Shown piece by piece: positions 43,484-52,141 of a DNA stretch of 64,000 nt; the stretch's first letter is position 1, and each line of letters begins with the position of its first letter. Position numbers and translations under genes: made by a program. Below the pieces are notes generated by a model, which saw only the letters and a list, made by a program, of their open reading frames with translations, was not told where the DNA came from and ran no database searches. The DNA comes from Pseudomonadota bacterium (GTDB lineage Bacteria > Pseudomonadota > Gammaproteobacteria > Burkholderiales > JABEVD01), in the NCBI GenBank assembly GCA_021802655.1, contig JAJZRP010000003.1, positions 1,024 to 65,023 of the forward strand. The letters are read 5' to 3'.

Positions 43484-45868
43484 ATGACCGGACTGACGGA
43501 GAGGAGCAGCGACGGCATGCCTGCAGTTCAGGAGAGCCTTGCCGATGTCAGCATCAAGCTGAATTTTTCCAGGTCCCTCCAGGCCCTGACCAACAGGATC
43601 CATGCCACAAGCAATATCGACGAGATCATATTCGATCTCGGCAACGACATCTGCACGCTTTTCAATGCCGACAGGGTTACGATTTACGTGATCGGCGAGG
43701 ACAGGACTTCGATCATCTCGAAGGTCAAGACAGGTCTGTCCTCTTTCAAGGACTTGAAGCTGCCGATTTCCGAGCAGAGCATTGCAGGATATGCCGCATT
43801 CCACAAGAAGGTACTGAATTTGAAGGATGTGTACGACGAGAAGGAGCTTCAGTCCTACAGTCCCCACCTGCATTTCATGCGCGAGGTCGACAAGAGAACC
43901 GGCTACAGGACCAAACAGATGCTCGTTGCGCCCATCGTCGATGCCGCCGACAACGAACTGGTCGGCGTGCTGCAGATCATCAACAACAAGTTGGGGCTGC
44001 CTTTCCAGCCCATGGCAGAGGAGGGGATGGTCGAATTTGCCAAGACCCTCGCCATCGCCCTCAAGCAGCGGCAGCGTTCCCATCAACTCGTCAGGACGCG
44101 CTTCGATCTTTTGATCGCGGACGGCGTGATTTCGGCAGTCGAGTTCGATCTTGCGTCACGCTCGGCAAGAAGGCGCGGGGTGCCGATCGAGGACGTGCTC
44201 ATCGAAGAATTCCAGGTCAAGCTGTCCGACCTCGGAAGATCGCTCGCCCATTTCTTCGGGGTGGAATACGAACCCTTCAAGCCCGACAGGATCAGGCCGC
44301 CGGATCTCCTGAAAAACATCAAGCGCGACTATGTCGAGACGAATCAATGGGTTCCCGTCGACGAGACAAAGGATGGGCTGATCATCATCAGCCCGGACCC
44401 GGAGAGGGTGCAGGCTTCGCGCATCGTCAACAATGTTTTTCCCAAGCACAAATTGATCTACAGGGTCTGTACGCTGCGGGAATTCGCTCAGACCGTCGAG
44501 CAGTTCTACGGCAGCGGAGAAGGCAGCTCTTCCATAGGAGAATTGCTTTCTTCCATGGATGGGGAGAGCGAAAGCGAGGATATTTCAGACGAGATATCCG
44601 CTGCCGCAGACAACGAGCTCGTCAAGCTGGTCAACAAGATCATCGTCGATGCCCACAAAATGGGCGCCTCGGACATCCATATCGAGCCTTATCCGGGGAA
44701 GGGGAAAATCCAGGTGCGCTTTCGCAAGGACGGAACGCTGCTGCCCTATGTCGAGATTCCTTCGACCTACCGGAATGCCATCGTGGCCCGCATCAAGATC
44801 ATGTGCGAGCTGGACATTTCTGAAAAAAGACGGCCGCAGGACGGGAAAATCCAATTCAGGAAATTCGGGCCGCTCAACATCGAACTGCGGGTCGCCACCA
44901 TTCCTTCGGCCGGCGGGGTGGAGGATATCGTGATGCGTATCCTGGCTTCCGGGGAGCCCATTCCCATCGAGAAAATCGGCCTTTCGAAGCATGCTCTCGA
45001 AACGCTCAAGGATATTGTCACCAAGCCTTACGGTCTGTTCTTCGTTTGCGGACCGACGGGTTCCGGAAAAACGACGACGCTGCATTCCGTGCTGGGATTC
45101 ATCAATACCCCGCAGACGAAAATCTGGACCGCAGAAGATCCCGTTGAAATCACGCAGAAAGGATTGCGCCAGGTGCAGATGAACCCCAAGGCAGGGTTCA
45201 CTTTTGCAGTTGCAATGCGCGCTTTCTTGCGCGCCGACCCCGATGTGATCATGGTGGGTGAAATGCGGGACCAAGAGACCACTGCGGTCGGGATCGAGGC
45301 ATCCCTGACAGGCCACCTCGTCATGTCCACCCTGCACACCAACAGCGCGCCGGAGAGCATCGTCAGGCTCCTGGACATGGGGATGGACCCTTTCAATTTC
45401 GCCGATGCGATTCTGGGTATACTTGCCCAGCGCCTGATCAAACGCTTGTGCAAGCATTGCAAGAGGCCCGAGATTGCCGGCGAGGAAGAGATCAGGAGAC
45501 TGCTTTCCGAATATTGCGAAGAACTGAAGCATACCGAAGCCTGGAAACGGGATTCCGATGCCGTGATGGGGAAGATATACGACGATTGGGTCAGGGCCCA
45601 TGCGAACGAAAAGGGGGAGTTCACGCTCTATCGCCAGGTGGGGTGTCCGGAATGCAGCGGGACGGGCTACAGCGGCCGCCTCGGCATATTCGAACTTCTC
45701 GAGGGGACGGATGCCGTGAAGAAGAACATCCAGGAGCGCGCGCGCGTTTCGGAATTGTTCGCAACCGCGCTTTCGGAGGGAATGAGAACGCTGAAGCAGG
45801 ACGGCATCGAGAAAGTGCTGCAGGGCATCACCGACATGCAGCAGGTGAGATCGGCATGCATAAAATAA
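43484..45868 (+). CDS. GAF-domain-fused GspE/PilB-family ATPase
   Basis: N-terminal GAF (DKRTGYRTKQMLVAPI..LVGVLQIINNK); ASDIHIEP, GPTGSGKTT, LRADPDVIMVGEMRD and CxxC..CxxC. Confidence 0.92.
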   Translation: MTGLTERSSDGMPAVQESLADVSIKLNFSRSLQALTNRIHATSNIDEIIFDLGNDICTLFNADRVTIYVIGEDRTSIISKVKTGLSSFKDLKLPISEQSIAGYAAFHKKVLNLKDVYDEKELQSYSPHLHFMREVDKRTGYRTKQMLVAPIVDAADNELVGVLQIINNKLGLPFQPMAEEGMVEFAKTLAIALKQRQRSHQLVRTRFDLLIADGVISAVEFDLASRSARRRGVPIEDVLIEEFQVKLSDLGRSLAHFFGVEYEPFKPDRIRPPDLLKNIKRDYVETNQWVPVDETKDGLIIISPDPERVQASRIVNNVFPKHKLIYRVCTLREFAQTVEQFYGSGEGSSSIGELLSSMDGESESEDISDEISAAADNELVKLVNKIIVDAHKMGASDIHIEPYPGKGKIQVRFRKDGTLLPYVEIPSTYRNAIVARIKIMCELDISEKRRPQDGKIQFRKFGPLNIELRVATIPSAGGVEDIVMRILASGEPIPIEKIGLSKHALETLKDIVTKPYGLFFVCGPTGSGKTTTLHSVLGFINTPQTKIWTAEDPVEITQKGLRQVQMNPKAGFTFAVAMRAFLRADPDVIMVGEMRDQETTAVGIEASLTGHLVMSTLHTNSAPESIVRLLDMGMDPFNFADAILGILAQRLIKRLCKHCKRPEIAGEEEIRRLLSEYCEELKHTEAWKRDSDAVMGKIYDDWVRAHANEKGEFTLYRQVGCPECSGTGYSGRLGIFELLEGTDAVKKNIQERARVSELFATALSEGMRTLKQDGIEKVLQGITDMQQVRSACIK

Positions 45869-45878
45869 AGAGGATGGA

Positions 45879-47519
45879 ATGAAGGGAGAAACCATGCAAG
45901 AAAGTCCTGTTTCGGGGAAGAATGTCCCCATGGCGGATATTTTCAGGTGGATCGAGGAGCTCAACCATATCGGCGCGGCGCTGTCTGCCGAGCGGGATAT
46001 CGGCATGCTGCTCGAGACGATCCTGCTGGCGGCGATGAAGATCGTGAACGCGGACGGCGGCACGCTCTATCGCGTGATCGACGGCAAATGGATCCGGTTC
46101 GAGACGCTCCGGACCGATTCCCTGGGAATTGCCATGGGCGGCACGACAGGGAAGGAAATCACCTTTCCGCTCATTCCCCTCTACAAGGATAATGGAGAGC
46201 CGAACGACTCGCTGGTGGTGGCCCATGCCGTGCTGGGCGGCAGCACGATCAACATCCGGGACGTTTATCAGGAAAAGGGTTTCGACTTTTCCGGAACGCG
46301 AAAATTCGACGAAATGACGGGCTACCGATCCCGGTCCTTTCTCACCGTTCCGATGAGGAATCACGAGCAGGAAATCATCGGGGTGCTGCAGCTCATCAAT
46401 GCCAGGGACAGGGAAACCGGGGAGATCGTGGGCTTTTCGGATGTGGACCAGAGTTTTGCCGAGTCGCTCGCCTCCCAGGCCGCCATTGCCCTGACGAATC
46501 GGCAACTGATCATCCAGATGGAGGAATTGTTCGAATCCTTCATCAATGTGATCAACAATGCGATCGACAACAAGTCGCCCCATACCGGCAAGCATCTGCA
46601 GCGCGTTCCTGTCCTGACCATGATGCTGGCCGAGGCTGCAAATGCCACGACCGATGGGCCGCTGAAGGATTTTTCGATGACGGACAGGGACAGGATGGAG
46701 CTCCGGCTCGCGGGCCTTTTGCACGATTGCGGGAAAATCGTGACTCCCGTGCATGTCATGGAAAAATCGACCAAGCTCGAGACGATTTTCGACAGGATAC
46801 ACTGCGTCGAGGCCAAGTTCGCAGTATTGAGGCGCGATGCCGAAATAGCCTACCTGAACGGCGTGATCGCTTCTCCTGAAAGAAAACCGGAGCTGGAGCG
46901 GGACTATCGCGCAGCCCTTGCGCAACTGGAAGAAGATCTCGAATTTCTGAACAAATGCAACATGGGCGGAGAATTCATGAGCGACGCGGACGTCGCTCGC
47001 GTCAAGGAACTGGCGGTGCGCCACAAGGTGGACGGGGAAAATCTGCTGTCCGACGACGAGATCGAGAATCTGACGATCAGGCGCGGTACGCTGACCGCTG
47101 CCGAGCGGCAGATCATCAACGGGCACATCGACGTGACGATCGACATGCTGGAAACCCTGCCCTGGCCCAATCGCCTTAAGAACGTGCCAGAATATGCGGG
47201 CGGGCACCACGAAAAGATGGACGGGACGGGGTATCCGAAGGGCCTGAAGCGGGACGAGATGTCGATTCAGGCGAGGATGATGGGAATCGCGGACATTTTC
47301 GAGGCCCTCACTGCGAGAGACCGTCCCTACAAGCAGGGCAAGACCCTGAGCGAGTCGCTTGCCATCCTCGGCAAGTTCTGTCTCGACAACCATATCGACC
47401 CGGATCTGTTCGACGTTTTCATAAGCCGGGGGGTTTATCTCGATTATGCGAACCAGTTCATGAGTCCGGAGCAGATCGACGAAGTCGATCATTCGAAAAT
47501 TCCCGGCTACAGGATGTGA
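45879..47519 (+). CDS. GAF + HD-GYP cyclic dinucleotide phosphodiesterase
   Basis: GAF (FDEMTGYRSRSFLTVPM..IGVLQLIN); LLHDCGK, HHEKMDGTGYP and ADIFEALT..RPYK. Confidence 0.9.
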   Translation: MKGETMQESPVSGKNVPMADIFRWIEELNHIGAALSAERDIGMLLETILLAAMKIVNADGGTLYRVIDGKWIRFETLRTDSLGIAMGGTTGKEITFPLIPLYKDNGEPNDSLVVAHAVLGGSTINIRDVYQEKGFDFSGTRKFDEMTGYRSRSFLTVPMRNHEQEIIGVLQLINARDRETGEIVGFSDVDQSFAESLASQAAIALTNRQLIIQMEELFESFINVINNAIDNKSPHTGKHLQRVPVLTMMLAEAANATTDGPLKDFSMTDRDRMELRLAGLLHDCGKIVTPVHVMEKSTKLETIFDRIHCVEAKFAVLRRDAEIAYLNGVIASPERKPELERDYRAALAQLEEDLEFLNKCNMGGEFMSDADVARVKELAVRHKVDGENLLSDDEIENLTIRRGTLTAAERQIINGHIDVTIDMLETLPWPNRLKNVPEYAGGHHEKMDGTGYPKGLKRDEMSIQARMMGIADIFEALTARDRPYKQGKTLSESLAILGKFCLDNHIDPDLFDVFISRGVYLDYANQFMSPEQIDEVDHSKIPGYRM

Positions 47520-47541
47520 CGAAAAACGTCACTTTGTGACG
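47516..47541 (+). promoter_or_regulatory. Inverted-repeat enhancer (putative PilR-type bEBP binding site)
   Basis: GTGACG-AAAAA-CGTCAC-TTT-GTGACG: three alternating half-sites 70-100 bp upstream of the -24/-12 promoter. Confidence 0.65.
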
Positions 47542-47612
47542 TGAAGTGGCGATCCCGTAAGCGTGTTGCGGGTTCGGCATGATGAATTCAGGGGTTCCGG
47601 CGCTCTTTCGTT

Positions 47613-47629
47613 CTGGCACGCCGCTTGCT
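47613..47629 (+). promoter_or_regulatory. Sigma-54 (-24/-12) promoter of pilA
   Basis: CTGGCACGCCGCTTGCT matches YTGGCACGNNNNTTGCW with exact GG-N10-GC spacing, 60 bp upstream of the pilin ATG. Confidence 0.88.
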
Positions 47630-47688
47630 TTGATGGTTCCAGGAGTTTCGCTCCCGGAAATTTTTCAACCTTACGTAGAGGGCTTATC

Positions 47689-48135
47689 ATGAAGCAAATG
47701 CAAAAAGGCTTTACGCTGATCGAATTGATGATCGTGGTCGCCATCATCGGTATCCTGGCCGCAGTCGCCATCCCGCAGTATCAGGATTACGTCACCCGGA
47801 CCAAGCTGTCCAATGCGGCCACTTTCGCGAATCCGATCAAGACTGCGATTGCCGAGTATGCCCAGGAAAATGGAAACACGGCTTTAGGCGCTCTTGGCGC
47901 CTCGGACTGGACGACCCTTGGACTGAGCGCAGCGCCGACCTTGCCGCCTGAGGTTCAATCCGTAACGATCACTGGGGGAACAATAGCCATGACATTGAAT
48001 GTTCCAGTTGGGACTACTGCAAACCCGACTGTTTCAATGGCCCCAACTGTCGGCTCGACCAGTGTGACCTGGACCAATACCTGTACTCCTGCCGGTAACG
48101 CCAACATGATCAAGGTATTCCCTGGCTGCTCCTGA
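47689..48135 (+). CDS. pilA: Type IVa major pilin
   Basis: [35 protein letters not shown]-terminal disulfide loop C..C ending in Ser. Confidence 0.93.
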   Translation: MKQMQKGFTLIELMIVVAIIGILAAVAIPQYQDYVTRTKLSNAATFANPIKTAIAEYAQENGNTALGALGASDWTTLGLSAAPTLPPEVQSVTITGGTIAMTLNVPVGTTANPTVSMAPTVGSTSVTWTNTCTPAGNANMIKVFPGCS

Positions 48136-48156
48136 TGTCAGTAGTATTGTGATTTG

Positions 48157-48190
48157 AAAGCCCGCCATCCATCAGGGTGGCGGGTTTTTT
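48157..48190 (+). terminator. Rho-independent terminator after pilA
   Basis: GCCCGCCATCC-ATCA-GGGTGGCGGGT stem-loop followed by a T tract. Confidence 0.85.
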
Positions 48191-48213
48191 ATCGACGAGG
48201 AAATGGTAACCCT

Positions 48214-49866
48214 ATGCCTTTTTCCAACAAACCCGTTTTCAGCCTGGATTCCCCATTGCAGGGGAAGGCCCCCTTTCTGATCCTTGCCTTTTTCCTTTTT
48301 GTCGCCATCGATGCCCTTTACGGGAAATTCCTGTGGAATCCTGTGGTTTTCGACGATCACAATTTTTTCAAGAAGGAACTCGTTCAGGGTTACGCTCATT
48401 CGTCCTTCGACTTCAGCCTGAGATGGTTCGCCTATGCATCCCTGGGCTGGACTTACAGGCTGTTCGGCTCGGACCTGATCTGGTTCAGGGCGGGGAACAT
48501 GCTGCTGCATTTCGCGGCCTCCCTGTGCCTTTTTTTCTTTCTGAGACGCCTTTTCAACATCGTGCTGAAGGAGCCATCCGGACTTTCGAACGACTGGCTG
48601 GCCTTTTTCGCCGCGCTGATTTTCGCGCTCGATCCGGTATCGGTCTATGCGGCAGGCTATCTCATCGAGCGCTCGATTGTCATGGCCACAGGATTCGGAT
48701 TCCTGATGCTGCTCGCCTATGTGGAAGGGGTGGTGAGGGAGGAAAAAATATGGTTTTTTCTCTCGGCCCTGTTCTATTTTCTGGCGGTATTTTCCAAGGA
48801 GCATGCAGTCATGCTCCCCGCCGTAGCCCTGGCACTGACACCCCTCCTGAAAAAACCTTCGAAGGACTGGCTGAAGGCGCTATGGCTTCCCCTGGCGCTT
48901 TTTGCCTGCATTGGCATCCTGGTGGTGCTCAAGGCGAAAGGCGTGCTGGGTTCTGCTTACGAGATCTACGGCGCAGCCATGATCGAGTCGGAAAAGATCG
49001 AGGCGTCGAATGCCTATGGCTTGAGCATACTGACCCAGTCCGGGCTTTTCTTCAAGTATCTGCTCCTCTGGCTGTTTCCTGATCCGTCCACGATGTCGGT
49101 GGACATGAGGGAACCCTTAGCTTCCAGCTATTTTGCCATGCCGCGGATTCTGGGATTTGTCGCATTCCTGATCTATCCGGCATTCGCTTTGAGGCTTCTG
49201 CTCAAGGGAGGCAGGGTCGGTTTGGCAGGGTTCGGCCTGCTTTTTCCCTATCTCCTTTTCATGACCGAACTTTCGACCGTCAGGATACAGGAGTCCTTCG
49301 TGCTTTACCGCAGCTACCTCTGGATGGGCGGCTTCTTTTCGGTCCTGCCGTTCGTTTTTTCGAAACTTCCCGCGAAAGCCGCATTCCTCCTGCTGTTCGC
49401 GGCATCCGCAGCCCTTTTTCCGCTCGCGAGGGAAGAACTGGTTTCCTTTTCCAGCCCTGCTCTGTTGTGGGGCGATGCGGCGAGGCTGGTCGAAGGCAGG
49501 TCCGGTCTGGTGGGGATCGACAGGATCTACTACAACCTCGGGAAGGCCGAGCTGGACGAAGGGCGGTATCCCGATGCGATCGGGGATTTCACCAAAGTCG
49601 TCGAGATCAGCCCGAGAGTCTACCAGGCCTGGTATAACCGGGGGTACGCCTACTATTACGATCGGAAACCGGAGCTTGCGATTCATGACTTCGATAGGGC
49701 GCTTGAATTAAATCCGGACTATGCCCAAGGCTATTTCATGCGTGCGCTCGCCTACCGGCAGACGAAGCATGAAGCATCCGCGCTTGCCGATTTCAGGAAA
49801 AGCTGCGATCTCGGCTTTAAAAGAGGCTGCGTCAAATGGAAGGAAGGGAGCGGGCAATTGTTTTGA
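48214..49866 (+). CDS. TMTC-like GT-C membrane glycosyltransferase with C-terminal TPRs
   Basis: First-loop VFDD; NMLLH, ERS, FSKEHAVMLP and YRSYL in a multi-TM region; TPRs (YYNLGKA, WYNRGYAY, YFMRALAY). Confidence 0.72.
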   Translation: MPFSNKPVFSLDSPLQGKAPFLILAFFLFVAIDALYGKFLWNPVVFDDHNFFKKELVQGYAHSSFDFSLRWFAYASLGWTYRLFGSDLIWFRAGNMLLHFAASLCLFFFLRRLFNIVLKEPSGLSNDWLAFFAALIFALDPVSVYAAGYLIERSIVMATGFGFLMLLAYVEGVVREEKIWFFLSALFYFLAVFSKEHAVMLPAVALALTPLLKKPSKDWLKALWLPLALFACIGILVVLKAKGVLGSAYEIYGAAMIESEKIEASNAYGLSILTQSGLFFKYLLLWLFPDPSTMSVDMREPLASSYFAMPRILGFVAFLIYPAFALRLLLKGGRVGLAGFGLLFPYLLFMTELSTVRIQESFVLYRSYLWMGGFFSVLPFVFSKLPAKAAFLLLFAASAALFPLAREELVSFSSPALLWGDAARLVEGRSGLVGIDRIYYNLGKAELDEGRYPDAIGDFTKVVEISPRVYQAWYNRGYAYYYDRKPELAIHDFDRALELNPDYAQGYFMRALAYRQTKHEASALADFRKSCDLGFKRGCVKWKEGSGQLF

Positions 49867-49945
49867 GCCAAAGCGATTTTCCCGGCTTGATGGGAGATGC
49901 GGCTATTTCGACTATAGTGAGTCATGGACTGATTATCGAAATGCA

Positions 49946-52141
49946 ATGTCACCCAAATCCCAAAATTCGATTCATGGCGTACTGCCCGCAGCCCCCCGCC
50001 GCATCCTCATCGTCGATGACGATCCTGTCGTTCTGAAGGCGCTTCTGCATACCTTTCGCCGCGACAACTACCAGATCGTATCCGCCGTCAACGGCGAGGA
50101 TGCGGTGGGGCAACTGGAGCGCTCGCGCTTTAACGTGCTGATTGCGGATTACCGGATGCCGGTGATGGATGGCCTGGAATTGCTCTCGAAGGCGAGAGAA
50201 ATCCAGCCCGGCATGGTCAGGATTCTCCTCACCGTGCAGGGCGACATCGCTCCCGTGATGGGCGCGATCGGCGATGGGCTCGCTTTCAAGTTTGCGATCA
50301 AGCCCTGGAAGGAAGAGGAGCTGCGCACCGTAACCAATCTCGCCATCGAGCAATATGAAAAAGGCAAGGCGGAACTGCCCGAGCAGAAAAAAGCGGCCGA
50401 GATCGTTGCGCTTTCCAAGCTGATGGTGACGAACAGGAGTCAGCTTGCCGTGATGCTCAACAAGCATGGCTTGCTCTCCATGGAGCAGGTGCAGGAACTC
50501 AACCGGCTCCAGGTCGCAAGAAAGGAGCCGCTCATCAAGGTTCTTCTGGAACAGGACTGGGTGACCGAAAAGGAAATCAGGAGCCTGTTGCGCAGGGAAC
50601 TCCAGATGGAGGAAGTTGCGCTTTCCGATTACCAGATCGATGCGGCGGTGGCCTCCCTCGTGCCGATGAGCTTTTGCGAGCGGCAACTCGTCGTCCCGCT
50701 CAAGCTGGAAGGCAAGCGCTTCACGCTTGCAGTTGCAGATCCGCTCGATCTCGGGCTCATCGACGATCTGCGCTTCGTTTCCGGACTCAATATCCATATC
50801 GTCGCGGCGGACATTGCCGCCATCCAGGCCAAGATAAACGAGACTTACCGGCCTGACCATGTGATGGATTTCAGGGATCTGGAAACCCTGCTTTCCAGGA
50901 TCGACCCCTACGAGGGGATAGAGATCGTCATCGACGATGCCGATGAGCAGTCCCTTGAGGAACTCCTGATCGGGGAGGAGCCACCCGCCATCAGGATCGT
51001 CAATGCCATCATACTGGAGGCGATCCGGCTGGGTGCGAGCGATGTTCATGTCCAGCCCAGGGCGAAAAGCGTCGTCGTGCGCTACCGCATAGACGGCGTG
51101 CTGATGGACAAGATCAACATTCCGCTGCAATTGCTGCAATCGATCGTGTCCCGCATCAAGATCATGTCCGAGCTCGACATCAGCGAAAGGCGCAGGCCTC
51201 AGGACGGCAGGATCACCGCCAGAACGTCGATGCGTGTCGTCGATCTCAGGATTTCGACCCTTCCCACCGTCAACGGCGAGAAGGTGGTGATGCGCATCCT
51301 GGACCGAAATTCCAGGATACACAGCCTGGAAGGATTGAGGCTTTCCCAGCCGGATCTCGCCAAGGTGCTCGATTTCGTCGACAAACCTCAGGGCATCATC
51401 CTGGCGACCGGTCCCACGGGGAGCGGGAAGACGACAACCCTGTACGCCCTTTTGCAGCACAATGCTTCCCCCACCAAGAATTATGTCACGATCGAGGATC
51501 CTGTCGAATATTACATGGACATGGCAGGACAGGTGTTGATCCGGGAAAAGATAGGATTGACCTTCCCGGTCGTGCTGCGCTCGATATTGAGGCAGGATCC
51601 AGATGTCGTATTGCTCGGCGAAATAAGGGATTTCGAGACGGCGGAAGTCGCCTTCCATGCTGCGCTCACGGGGCATGTGGTCTTTTCCACGCTCCATACC
51701 AATTCTGCAGTGGCGACGCTCTCCAGGCTTTTCGACCTGGGATTGAAGCCATTCGTCGTGGCTGCCGCTCTGGAAGGCATCATCGCGCAGCGGCTGGTGA
51801 GGATGATCTGCCCCGAGTGCAGGGAGGAGGATCGCATGGCTTCAGCTTTTCTTCCGAGGCTCGGCCCTGTCTTTCTCGGGAATGAAGTCAACGCCTGCAA
51901 GGGAAAAGGGTGCGCGCATTGCAACGGCACGGGTTACAAGGGAAGGCTGGGCATCTACGAGGTGCTCGCTCCCGACGAGGAAATGCGGCACCTCATCGCA
52001 TCGGGTGCGAGCATCCTCGATATCTCGCGAGTTGCACAAAGGATAGGCACTTCGTCCCTGCTGGAAGATGCGCTCGTCAAGGTCAGTCAGGGGCTGACCA
52101 GCGTCGAGGAAGTGCTTCGCGTTCTGGGGCCGCAGGTTTAA
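49946..52141 (+). CDS. Receiver (REC)-domain-fused GspE/PilB-family ATPase
   Basis: ILIVDDD..ADYRMP..LLT..KPW REC domain; ASDVHVQP, GPTGSGKTT, LRQDPDVVLLGEIRD and CxxC pairs. Confidence 0.9.
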   Translation: MSPKSQNSIHGVLPAAPRRILIVDDDPVVLKALLHTFRRDNYQIVSAVNGEDAVGQLERSRFNVLIADYRMPVMDGLELLSKAREIQPGMVRILLTVQGDIAPVMGAIGDGLAFKFAIKPWKEEELRTVTNLAIEQYEKGKAELPEQKKAAEIVALSKLMVTNRSQLAVMLNKHGLLSMEQVQELNRLQVARKEPLIKVLLEQDWVTEKEIRSLLRRELQMEEVALSDYQIDAAVASLVPMSFCERQLVVPLKLEGKRFTLAVADPLDLGLIDDLRFVSGLNIHIVAADIAAIQAKINETYRPDHVMDFRDLETLLSRIDPYEGIEIVIDDADEQSLEELLIGEEPPAIRIVNAIILEAIRLGASDVHVQPRAKSVVVRYRIDGVLMDKINIPLQLLQSIVSRIKIMSELDISERRRPQDGRITARTSMRVVDLRISTLPTVNGEKVVMRILDRNSRIHSLEGLRLSQPDLAKVLDFVDKPQGIILATGPTGSGKTTTLYALLQHNASPTKNYVTIEDPVEYYMDMAGQVLIREKIGLTFPVVLRSILRQDPDVVLLGEIRDFETAEVAFHAALTGHVVFSTLHTNSAVATLSRLFDLGLKPFVVAAALEGIIAQRLVRMICPECREEDRMASAFLPRLGPVFLGNEVNACKGKGCAHCNGTGYKGRLGIYEVLAPDEEMRHLIASGASILDISRVAQRIGTSSLLEDALVKVSQGLTSVEEVLRVLGPQV

